In this document: positions 25,068-36,800 of the stretch, in pieces | How positions within the stretch are numbered: the stretch's first letter is position 1 | Layout: the number at the start of each line of letters is the position of its first letter | Assembly: GCF_018350175.1 (NCBI RefSeq) | Contig: NC_058368.1 | Span: 21,454,001-21,518,000 of the forward strand | Source: Felis catus | Taxonomy: Eukaryota | Reading direction: 5' to 3' | DNA: 64,000 nucleotides | Position numbers and translations under genes: made by a program | The notes under the pieces: model-generated | Database searches by the model: none | The model's input: only the letters and a program-made list of their open reading frames with translations | What the model was told of the DNA's origin: nothing

Positions 25068-25386
25068 GGGTACCTGGGTGGGTTAGTTGGTTAAGCATCT
25101 GACTCCTGATCTCTGCTCAGGTCATGATCTCACAGTTCCTGAGTTTGAGCTCCACATCAGGCCTCTGCACTGACAGTGTGGAGCCTGCTCAGTATTCTTT
25201 TTGAGACAGAGCGAGACAGAGCATTAACGGGGGAGGGTCAGAGAGAGGGAGACATAGAATCTGAAGCAGGCTCCAGGCTCTGATCTGTCAGCACAGAGCC
25301 CGACGCGGGGCTTGAACCCACAAACTGTGAGATCATGACCTGAGCCGAAGTCGGACGCTTAACTGACTGAGCCACCCAGGTGCCCC
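25068..25386. mobile_element. Two truncated CanSINEs fused tail-to-tail (+ 25068-25197; - 25198-25386)
   Basis: SINE heads at both ends point inward; both tails are missing. Confidence 0.92.
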
Positions 25387-26170
25387 TTAAATGATTTTAA
25401 ATTCTGAGAAGGAATTGTGTCCGTATATTCACTAGTGTAACAATTGGGACAGTGCCTGGCACATAGTAGGTATTAAGATATTTGTTAAATGAAAAAAGTA
25501 CGTACATAAATTTTGTATATTTGAAAATACCATGTTTACATTTTTGTTTGGAAAGTGGGAAAGGGTAGCCTAAAGAACTGTTCCAAATGTAGTTGGTAAA
25601 TACAAATATGTATTACGTATTTCTCAAGTCATTGTAGCATAGCCATTTTAATGATGAGAAAACTGGAGCAAAAGGTTATCGAGGCTTAAACTAGAGTGGT
25701 GGCAGTTTCCTTGTATCTTTTAGAGAAAGAGGTTATTACATTCCTACATCTGAGTAAGTGGAAACTGTTCAGGAGTGTATTTCCATGCCTGGTGAAGAGG
25801 GGAGGCCGATAGGATAAAGGAAGATCAAGAGCCACCGGATTCCAATTTTATTTCTCATCTCTGGGTACAAAGTTAATTCATCTTCCAAAGGCTTCATAAT
25901 CTTTAATTCTTATGTAAAGTGATGTCCAACTTTTAACAGAGTATTCTAAAAAAGGGATAAATGTTAAGGGTAAGATAATACTTGGATTTTTTTAAGATAA
26001 ATTAATTAGAAAATTCACTTGAGTCTTTTGTATATTTTCACTTTACTTAGCGTTAAAATATTTCATGTGACATCATCTTTTCCTTTAAAAGTACATCTGC
26101 ATTTTCTTAGCTTAAGTTTATTGAAACTGAGCTCTTATATGTCATTTCTTATTTTTCCTTTGACATGAAG

Positions 26171-26253
26171 TCTTACCTACTGGATGGAAGATGTCTTTAG
26201 AAAGGCATACCGCAAGGAATGAACTGCTGTCTGTAAATTTTGCTTTTACCAAG
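26171..26253 (+). ncRNA. DLEU2: DLEU2 exon 4 (last exon before the miRNA intron)
   Basis: tttttcctttgacatgaag|TCTTACCTAC...TTTTACCAAG|gtaaag. Confidence 0.8.
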
Positions 26254-26637
26254 GTAAAGACCAAATTTTATGAATTCACTTTGTGTTTATAAAAGGAAAA
26301 AAAAAACTTTTATATATTTAATACATTCAAAAATTTGATTAAATATTTAACTTTATTGGCTTATTAAGTTGACAAAGGGGGAGGAAATGCTTAGCTTTTC
26401 CTCATATTACACATCTTTGTGTTCCTAACCTATAGCAATATGCTTAGCACGTAGTAGGCTTTCCTTAAACATTTGATGTAGAAATAAATTTTACTATTCT
26501 ACTTAAAAGCTTCTAAGAAATAGCTATTTATGTATACTTTGTCCGTTATAATCTTTATTGGTTTCTTAATGTATTCTCTTCTAAAAGAAAAAAAATTTTT
26601 GTATCTTCAGGTGCTAATGTGTGTTTAAAAAACAAAA

Positions 26638-26720
26638 CCTTGGAGTAAAGTAGCAGCACATAATGGTTTGTGGATTTTGAAAAGGTGCAGGCCATATTGT
26701 GCTGCCTCAAAAATACAAGG
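26638..26720 (+). ncRNA. MIR15A: pre-miR-15a hairpin (5p 26651-26672 UAGCAGCACAUAAUGGUUUGUG; 3p 26688-26709)
   Basis: Mature and star sequences are recognisable and the arms are complementary (tagcagcaca...tgtgctgc). Confidence 0.99.
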
Positions 26721-26774
26721 ATCTGATCTTCTGCAGAAAATATATTTTTTATTCATAGCTCTTATGATAGTGAT

Positions 26775-26863
26775 GTCAGCAGTGCCTTAGCAGCACGTAA
26801 ATATTGGCGTTAAGATTCTAAAATTATCTCCAGTATTAACTGTGCTGCTGAAGTAAGGCTGGC
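26775..26863 (+). ncRNA. MIR16-1: pre-miR-16-1 hairpin (5p 26788-26809 UAGCAGCACGUAAAUAUUGGCG; 3p 26830-26851)
   Basis: Exact mature miR-16-5p and miR-16-1-3p (ccagtattaactgtgctgctga), 54 nt downstream of miR-15a. Confidence 0.99.
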
Positions 26864-27045
26864 CATGTTCTACAGTCTAATATGTTTTATATTTTAATAT
26901 GTCTTAATATGTATTAACATCATTGATATATCTTCAGTTTTATTGATAATGTATTTTCAATATTATTGAGAATCTTGTTATCTTTAGTATGATTCTATAA
27001 AAATAAGTAGTAACTTTTAAGATGTATTTGTATTAACATGGTTGT

Positions 27046-27160
27046 GGGGTGCCTGGCTGGCCCAGTCAGTAGAGTGTGTAATGCTTGCTCTCGGAATTGT
27101 AAGTTCAAGTACCACATTGCGTGTAGAGATTACTTAAAATCTGTAAAAAAAAAAAAAAAA
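27046..27160 (+). mobile_element. Short old CanSINE
   Basis: ggggtgcctggctggcccagtcagtagag...gtagagattacttaaaa. Confidence 0.88.
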
Positions 27161-29464
27161 TAATGTAAGTGCAATTTAATAATAGTGTTGAATGCCATCA
27201 AGAGTTTATTGAAAGAGCTTGTACAGAACCAATTTACTTTAATGTATATTTATATTCATTGTAAATACTGAAATTTTTAAATACTCATTTTTCCTTTGTT
27301 TCTCCAGTAAAATGAAGTTTAAAAATATTTGCTTATTTCACAGAAAAGTGTGCATTATAAAATATACATTCTGAACAGAACTTACAAGACAATTTTTAGT
27401 AATGTTTCTAAATATTTCATTAGAAGGGGGAAATTTCAAAACGTGTGAATTAAATCCCTGAAATCCTGGGTCTCAAAATGCTCTTAATCATAAACTCAAA
27501 GGTAGGAAAGGCCTTACAGATGACCAACCTATTTTTTGGGTGGCTCAGGAAACAAATTCAAATTAGGTAATTTGCCCCACATGACAGATTAGAATCTTAA
27601 TCCTATGCCTTCTGACTTTACACTATCATTGTTTTATCTTGTTTCTATTAAATCCTTAGCTGAAGATTTTTGACAAGTTGAAAATGTGGCTTTGTTTGCT
27701 TTTGTATAGTCAATATTTAACTTCACAGTGAAAGTAAAAATTATTATTATAGTTACTAATTTTATAGATGTAACAGTTGAAATTTTTAATTTAAGATTTA
27801 AAGAAAAATGTTTTCTTTACCTTCTGTTTCTTATTTATTGTTTTATTAAGTCATTAAACTAAAAATTAATGTTCAGGACAAGACAGGTGTTTTTGTGTAG
27901 CATATCACACTTTTGGTCTTTTCTACAAGGAATAGCTTACCCTTTTCAATTGCAGCCAAACAGGAAATCTACAAAATAAAAGCACTTCTTAACAAATCAT
28001 TTCCAATTATTATTGTCTTTTAGAAACCCTAAAAGTACTTCAGATGTAATTTAAGGAATTGTAATCAAGGATCTTCTTTTTAAAGTCTAATGTGAAGGTA
28101 AAGAAAATATGTAAGGCAAAGCTCTCATTTTTAAAAACAATTTTTCCCCAGCAAAAATTTTTTTCCCCAAATTAGGAAGCAGTATACCATATATACGGTA
28201 GCTAGAATTAAATGCCAGCTTTTACATTAAGTACAATTAAGCACTATTGACTTGGTGCTTTGAAAAATCATTCATCAAGCTGTTCACCTCTTTTCCTTTA
28301 TTTCATTTCAACTATTTTATGAAAGACTAACAAATATAACTTTTGATTCCACTGAAAGTACTCCAAGATTTAACATCTAGATTCTTAGAAATATTTATTA
28401 AATGAATTACAAAGTTTGTCCACTATTTTCCAGAATAACTCAGGAATTAGATACCTTTTTTCCTGTTTTTGTTTTTCTAAGTATATTATGTTTAGTCTAA
28501 TCTGCCTTCTAAATGAAAGAGAGAAAACCTGGATTTTACATTTACTAGGTGAATTTTTATATCTAGGTCCTCCAGATGTGAAGAAGGAACACTTGGGGCT
28601 ATTATTGCTAAATGAAAACTTTTCTTGTTTTAATCCTGAGAATAGATTAAAGGAAAATGAAAATATTGGTAAAGTGAGAAACTATAGAAAAACTGTTATA
28701 ATGAAATTTATCATAACAGCATTCAGCTTCTTTCCAGTCTCTTAAGAGGAAGTAGCCTGTCAGTACCTAATGAAACACACACATTTAGGTAATTCAGAAC
28801 TGGAAGTTGTATTTGTACGAGTTAATACACTTTATCTTTGTGTAATTTTGAACACATTAAAAGCAAATAGTAAAATAAAAGTTGTACCTTTTAATGTTAA
28901 CCTTAATTTGACTATTTTTACAAAGAAAAAATAAGTATATACAGGTGTGTGTTTTCATTTTTTCCATCATCTTTGGGAAAAAAAATGCTCATCTTCTTTC
29001 ATTCAGGTTTCTTTTTAAGTTGATGCCAAATAATTTCAGTATTTAGCGTCTTAAATCTGTTACTTGGAATATGGATTGAGTTTGGAGCTAACTCAGAGGA
29101 CTCAGGCAAGTATTCAGGAGGTAGCAAGAGGAATATTGTAATAGGTGAATAACTCAGTTCACATCCTGTATTTAAAGGCAGATCTCTTAAGGTCACACAT
29201 ATTGATATGTGATAGTAAATATGAAAATTTGGCCTTAGACTTAATTCTGTACTCAACAATGAAGATTTTCTTCAATCAATTATATATCCTTTTGGTTGTT
29301 AGAGAATTACATGTTGTTTTTAAGCCACTAAGTGTCATTATGGGTATATGCCCAGGTTAGCTCTATTGGATTAGCAAGATTATGCTTGCATAAACTGTGA
29401 TCTCTGTTAATGATTTATCAATTTAGAAATTGACATTCTAAATCAATTTTTTTTCCTTTTACAG

Positions 29465-29580
29465 GTGGATATTACTATCCCTTATTCTTCGAAAAAGTTT
29501 TATTCTCAGTGTTGTTTCTCATTGAGTATTAACAAAAAGAAAAATTAATGTTCCAAACTTTTCAGATAGATTTGGTCCTA
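29465..29580 (+). ncRNA. DLEU2: DLEU2 exon 5 (internal donor at 29581, or extends as a terminal exon)
   Basis: ttttttccttttacag|GTGGATATTAC...; gtaagt at 29581; AATAAA near 29856. Confidence 0.75.
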
Positions 29581-30765
29581 GTAAGTATTTAGACATACTA
29601 TTTGCATAGCTAGAAGAAGAAATGAGACCATCATCATTTCCAGCTAAAATTTTTTATTTTCATCTGTTATCAAAGGATTTCTTATAATTTGTCTTATTAA
29701 TAGCTTGAGCCCCTTTAATGCAGAACTAACTCACACCAGAAATGTGAGAGTATATATTCTTGCCTTATTTATTTATAAATATATCTCACAAATTTCTGAT
29801 GTCTTTTTTTAAAGCTATATATGAAGCTATATATGAAGAAAAAAATAATTGACAAAATAAATACTAAGTTTAAACCTCTAATGTTAAAGTTACTGTGTGA
29901 GGTGACAAATTACTTGCTTTTTTTTTTTTTTTTTTTTTTGTCTTTATTTTACTGAAATTAAATTCAACATTTATAATTTCTATTTGGGTCTATTTCTTGA
30001 TTACTAATACATTGAATTCATCTAAAAACTTTATGAGTAATATACTGAAATTAGCATACTGATGATTACAGTTCTCCCTTAATTCTGTGGAACTTTGAAT
30101 AATCTGGTATTAACATTCTTGCAATTGAACTTTTGTGTTTTGAAGAAATGTAAACTGCCTGGAAAATGTTATTATTGTTTGTATTTATCATATGCCATAG
30201 GATTAGATTTTGTTTGAGAAATTTTTAGCTACCTATTTACACAAAATGCTACTCAGTTTGATTAACTTGTTATTCAAAGGTATTCTCTTTGTTTTATAAT
30301 TTAACCACTTACTACCATGGATTATTCTATTAAGGAATATCTTTAGGAAGTGATAGAAATTCTGAATCACCCTAAAGTTTGCTGATTTCCGCATCTCATT
30401 ATTTTATAATTTTGGGGAATGCTTGTATTATACCATTTCAGGAATATAAGTTTTTATTATACCACTAAAACTATTTCTTTTTGGACTTAATGCATATGAT
30501 AGTAAATCACAGAATTTTTTTTTAAGTTTCCATGTCCTCAATATTAAAAATGCTGTTTTAGCCTGAAGCAAGCAATGAAGAAGGGTATTTATTGTCCTAC
30601 CGTGTAAGTCAAGAAAGTTGAATAAGTACATGATTTAAGAGAATTTACAAATTTTAACATGGTCAATGCAGACTTTTATGTTAATTTGTTTATATTCTCA
30701 TGAATGTCTTTTGTGGCAGTGTGAAAATGCAGATGTTTGACAGGGAGCATTAAAAATAGATTTGA

Positions 30766-30998
30766 GGGGTGCCTGGGTGGTTCAGTCGGTTAAGCGTCTG
30801 ACTTCACCTCAGGTCATGATCTCGCAGTTTGTGAGTTCAAGCCCCGCATCAGGCTCTGTGCTGACCGCTCAGAGCCTGGAGCCTGCTTCAGATTCTGTGT
30901 CTCCCTCTCTCTCTGCCCCTCCCCTGCTCATGCTCTGTCTCTCTCTGTCTCAAAAATAAATAAAACATTAAAAAATTAAAAATAATAATAAAAAAATA
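30766..30998 (+). mobile_element. CanSINE
   Basis: TSD taaaaatagatttga. Confidence 0.96.
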
Positions 30999-31029
30999 AA
31001 AATAGATTTGAAACATTTATAAAGAGAGG

Positions 31030-31500
31030 TACAAATTTATTCTACTCAAATGCTGAGGATCTGTAGAACAAAACAAATAAATTTCTGCCCTCATAGAGTG
31101 TATGATCTTGGAAGTGAGATGTGAGTAATAAACTAGACGAAAAAATTGATAGGTACTATATGTGGTGTGTCAGATGGTAGTACTTTGTAGAAAAATAATG
31201 CAAAGGAGGTGGAAAGGATGGAATAAAGGTGTTTGGAAGACAGGAGAGAGAAGTTTTTAAATACTGTGGAGAGAAAATGCTTGACAAATGATTATTTAGA
31301 CAAAGATTTTTAAAACGATGAGCAAATTATTAGGTATCTGGGAAAAGAGCCTTTCGGGCAGGTGAAATAACAACTTCAAAGATCTTCAGGCTGAACCACT
31401 TTTGGTGTGTACAAGAAACAGCAAGGAGATCTGGTTGGGTATGATTAAATACACAAGAAGGGGACGCATAATTCATGGGATCGAAGAGTCTGTAAGGGCT
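31030..31500 (-). mobile_element. L2 fragment
   Basis: aacaaaacaaataaatttctgccctcatagag..., gggaaaagagcctttcgggcag. Confidence 0.6.
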
Positions 31501-33529
31501 AGCTAGATCTTATGGCTGTTTTCAGCTTTTAGCTTGTTCTGCAGATTTAATTTTTCATACTTCCTTCAGAGAACTTTGACAGCAGTATGCGTCTCAGCCT
31601 ATTTGACCTTTGTAGGTAGAACAGTATTTTTATAAATCTGACTCAAGATTACAACCTCCATCAGACACTATTGTTTAAACATTTTAAACAAAATGTTTAA
31701 ATAGTTGGTTAATAGGTACATGTGTGATGATCAGATTTTTACAAATTGTGCTTTGATGGCTCTGAATTTGTTTTCCACTTGATCAGTTTAGCTTGTCAAA
31801 GCTAACAGCTCCAGGAGACACTAAACTTACTCATGTTTGTCATTTACCCAAACAAATCGCCGCCATTTGATGCCTCCATTCTGGAATTGATGTCATAATT
31901 AAGTATTTAATGATTTATCACCTGTTCTGTAGCATCTTAGCTGAAACGTTCTTTGCCTGGAATTGTTTCATTCGCTATGGTGTATATCCCACTAACTTAA
32001 TCTTCCTAAAACACTGCTTTTGTTTATAAGGTAAAATTCAAACTTGTTAGCTTTTGCATCATGATATTGCCCCAACTCTTCTTCAAGTGAACTAGTCTTG
32101 ACCCATCCGTTTTTCTGTTCGCTTTTATTTATGCCATTTCACCACCCCAGTTCTCTCCCAGCTAATCCCTCCCTGTACGTGGTTAAAAATGAGCCAGACC
32201 TCTTGTGTGTGGTAAATGTTTCCTGACTTTAACCGTGTGGTATTATCCCTCTATCTTGTGGTATGAATGATTTATATCTCTAGTTCTTAGCCTTTTTTTT
32301 CCTAACTTAACACACCTGAGGGACATAATACTTCATCATTAATTGTGCCTCACTTAGTAATACATATTAACCTTTTAAATGCATTAGCCATATGAATAAA
32401 CATTTAAAATTTTATAAACAAAATGAAGAAAAGCAAGTGGACTAAAACACCCAGAACTTGAAAACATCAACCTAAATATCAGGTCCCAAAGTTTAAATAC
32501 TAATTTTGTGCTGACGTTGATATAGTTGATTTTTTTCCTCAGTTACATGAAAATCTCTTCTCCCTCCCTCCTTCCTTCTGGCCCTCTTTCTCTACTTCCA
32601 TTTCCTCCTTCCCTCTCTCTTTCTATATCTCATATATAATTGGGTATGAACCATCCATATATATTTTTAGGATTTTAGCACATTTAAAGGAATGATAAGT
32701 CATCATTTTAATTTTTCAATATTGTAAAAGTAATAAATACACTCTTAAGTAATGCATGTGTTTATTATGGTGTTGCTTATAATAATAAAAATTTGTAAGA
32801 GTTTTTAAAGTGTCCAATATTAAAAGGCTAATTAAATAACATGCTGAGTGGAATACTGTGCAGCTACTTAAAATAATGTAATGAATATTTGATCAGCTAG
32901 AAAATTGTTCATGATAAATGTCAGACAGTATGAACAGACTCGTTAGAAGAATACATTTGCTGAACTGTTAATCACTGGTTTACTACAGGCGTGAGACAAA
33001 TCTTATTAAGATGAGGAAGGTGGATCTTATTTTCATGATTATAAGTAAGCTTTATGATTTTTGTGACTTGGGGAAAGTTTGTTTTTGAAAAGGAGAGAGA
33101 AAAATCCTTAAAAAATAAAAACAAATATTTGAAGCACCACCACATAATCATAACCCTTTTGGAAATTTTGCTGGGTTCAGGAAATTTAGAAGTGATAAAA
33201 ATTAACTATCAGGGAAGAACTGAACAGGTAACTTCAAAAATCAGATAATTTAAAAATCAGCTGTAGGGGAGCAATCTCTGTGTTCTCAAAGGAGGGTTGA
33301 AAGGAATTCAAAAATCACATCTTGAATTCATTGTTGAGTGCTTTTGCTGTCATTTCTCCACTCTTCAAAACTTCAAAAGGTAAGTATAAAAGTGATAAAT
33401 CTATTTTAATTTTGAAACTGTATTAATAAACTATGTAAAGAAAAACAAATCCCGTTTATTTTATAGTTACAGATACTTAACAGCAATGAAACTGACTTTC
33501 AGATCTAAAAATTAAGAATTTTCCTGCTT

Positions 33530-33852
33530 GGGGCACCTGGCTGGCTCAGTCGGTAGATTATGTGACTCTTGTTCTTGGGGTCATGAGTTCAAGTCCCACT
33601 TTGGGTGTAGAGCTTACTTTAAAAAAATTTGAGGAGGGGGGAGGCACCTGGATGGCTCAGTCAGTTAAGCCTCCGACTTCAGCTCAGGTCGTAATCTCAC
33701 AGTTTGTGAGTTCGAGCCCTGCATCGGGCTCTGTACTGACAGCTCAGAGCCTGGAGCCTGCTTCAGATTCTGTGTCTCCCTATCTCTCTGCCCCTCCCCT
33801 TCTCATGCTCTATCTCTCTCAAAAATAAACTTTAAAAAATACATAAATAAAC
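33530..33852 (+). mobile_element. Tandem CanSINEs (short 33530-33627; full 33641-33852)
   Basis: Two SINE heads in series. Confidence 0.93.
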
Positions 33853-36800
33853 TTTTTAATAGAAAAAGTAATTTTCCTTGAAAAGATTTAATCTCTCCTA
33901 GCATAAAAGGAATACATAGGCATAGAAACCTTTGGAAGAGGCAAAAAATTCTATTTAAAAATCCTATTTTTACTATCCAGTAGCAACAATTATTAGCTTT
34001 ATATTATTCCCTTCTAGTTGCATAGTTGAATTAACAAATTTTATTTCTTAATCCAAATCATAACTATTCCAGGGATCAAAATCTAGAACATCTCTCTCTA
34101 GAGAAGAGAGAGGAGATATGCTTTTGGCTAAGAAAATTTTTTCTTTACATTTATCTAAAGTATACCTTAAACTATTGTCTTTATAATTTGTTGCATAATA
34201 TTTTACTGTAAAAATGCTTAAATTTTATTAACTTTTTTTCCTCAAGATTAGTAAATCTGAGTTTATGGGAAGATGCATCTTGTTTACCCTTTGGCTTCTT
34301 CTACCACGCCTGCATGCCAACCCCAACGGTACCTTTCCATTGTGTGAGAAGCATTCTGAGGCAAGGGAAGTCATTGAAGGTTTTTCGGCAGGAAAGAAAA
34401 ATAACTACTGAAATATGTATACTGGCCCAAGATTTGCTCAGAGAGAAATCTAAGACTGGTGTACTAAGTTATGAATTTGTTTCTTTTGTATCTCCATAAC
34501 CACATCAAATTTACCAAAAACCTGAGCTGTTCTAAAATTGTGGAATTCATATTTGATATTCAAAAAACATTAATATGGACATTTCGTGCAAAACATGACT
34601 AAAGTTACCAATATGTAAACCTAACACAAATGTATGAGTTCTAGTGTATGACCTTTCTGTTACTGTGACCCATTTAGAATGTAAGCAAAATATGGTATGT
34701 CTCAACCTGGTTTTTTCACATGCAAATATTTTATAATTTGAAACTCTTAAGAACAGTGGTAGTTCAATTTAGAAAAGCAGGTTTAGAACCTGAAAACACG
34801 TTGGCTAATACGGTAAAGAAAATACATTTGGGGAGAATCTAAAAATCTTTACCTGTGGAGAGGAATATTTGTCACCAGAACAGGCCTGTGGTGCAGATTT
34901 CAGGTCAGACCCTGTTGTGCCACTAGGGTCTGCATTTTAGTGGTTTATTGCATCCTCTGGGGGAAAAAAAAAAAAAAACACCCAAAAGTAAAGCCTCTGG
35001 TCGATAATAAGCTATTGTACTGTTTTTTAAATTAGTGATTCTTAGATGTGTTTACCTCTAAAACTCAAGGTATTTGGACCTTTAAAAATTGATGACTTAC
35101 TCATTTTAGAAAGTTTACATAGTCACACTCTTCAGGAAAAGTTTGTGATGGTTTTACTGTATTTCCCATATTGATTAAGGAACTAAATACCCCCTCGCCC
35201 AAAAAAGATAATTTCTTCTGTGTATTTCCCCCCCCCCCCCCCAACAATACTAGGTAGCCTTGGTTTCTGGATAGCCAAGTTGGATTATTTAATTTGGAAT
35301 TTAGGTAAACTTTGGACACATTTCAAAACTAGCATGAAAATTGATTTATTTAGGTTGACCTATTACACGCTAATAAACACTTGTTCCCCCAAACCAGTGT
35401 TGATTGGAAGTCTTGGTATGTATGACTCATGTCAGGACACATGTAGAGTATGGATGTGAACCAACTGGAGTGCATTCAGAAAATTGAAAAATATGAGGTG
35501 CTCAGATCTCACAAGGAATGGTTGAAGGTACTGAGGAGCTTCCAAGCTTCCTTGAAAAAGAGAAGACAAGTAACAATCTGAGGCTTGTGCATTTTGTTTT
35601 CACCTGGAGGGCAAAACCGGGGAGTTTCAGGGATGTGCAAGGGCTTTCTGCTGACTTTGAATGTGTGCATTAGGGAAGTGGACTGCTTTGCCAAGACCCT
35701 CAAAAGTGATGAAATGGGGTTGGGGTAGTTAGTAAGATTTAAAGATACTGTTTGGAATGAAGAAAATGAGTACACATCATCTTAAGTCCTTGCCTTTAAA
35801 ATGTAAGACCATTTGTGCCAACAGGACAACTTTTGACTAAAGGAAATCATAGGGAAACATGGATTTTGTTTTGCTTTTGGACAGTTTTTACTGATAATGA
35901 TCATTGTTTTAACAGACCTGGCAGCATCTAAGGAAGGTACTCTAAGAAGTTCAAGATCAAGGTTTCCAGAAACATATCACTTGTCTGAGAACTATGAAAT
36001 AAAAATGTTAAATACTAAGAGAACATAATTTTTAAGTATTAAAAGCTTTTATAAATTGGCATTTGTTTTCAAGAAGGATTACTTTTTGAAGGCTATTAGA
36101 CAAATCCAGAATAGAAATGGATCATTAACTTTTCATTTTCCTCTTAAGACTTAACAGGAGAGTAAAGTTGAAAATACTAGATAAACAGGAAGGAATCCAT
36201 TCTATAGAAATTTTTAATCTATAGTTCTGATTTGAGATTTTAGTTATAGTGTCAGTACGGCATTCTTTGATGTTTATATTCTGTGGTGCTGGATGTTCTT
36301 AAGACTGCAGGACAATAGCTTGGGCTTAGAATCACCACTCTTGGAATTCTTTCTGTAATTACATATAGGGGAATCCAGCTTCAGTTGGAACTCTTTCTAT
36401 CTTGCCAGGCACATAGTAGGTGCTCAGTTACTTATTAAATGGAGTGTGCCCAGGAGGATCAATATCACTCTGAAATTGGCAGTGGAGTGTAGTTGATTCT
36501 GGCATCAGATGTGCAGGAAATAATTTTGTAGTATCTTTGCCAGTTCTTTTGAGGCCAAATCATTGTTGAGACAATATTATGGCTTGGCTAAGAAAATAAT
36601 TTTTGTGACATCTTTTAAGGCAGGCTTCTTAGTTTTTAGAGCTAAGTACTTTTTCAAACACTCTGGTTCTCTTCCAAGTTAGATATGAGATTATGGATAG
36701 GAGATAATAGTAAATATAATAATGGAACATCAGCTGCGGCACATTTTTTAGGTTTATTTGCCCCTCTGGGAGATAAGCCAGTAATTTTTTTATTGTTTGG

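Larger units (their letters stand above)
5237..29580 (+). ncRNA. DLEU2: DLEU2 lncRNA, miR-15a/16-1 host gene (span of recognisable exons 1-5; longer isoforms probably extend antisense over KCNRG/TRIM13)
   Basis: Synteny, plus five segments resembling remembered human DLEU2 cDNA with canonical GT/AG boundaries. Confidence 0.85.

Noticed and set aside
29812..29838. Short tandem duplication aagctatatatg x2 (also agttctaagatg x2 near 60628)
   Set aside because: Ordinary slippage; not an array.
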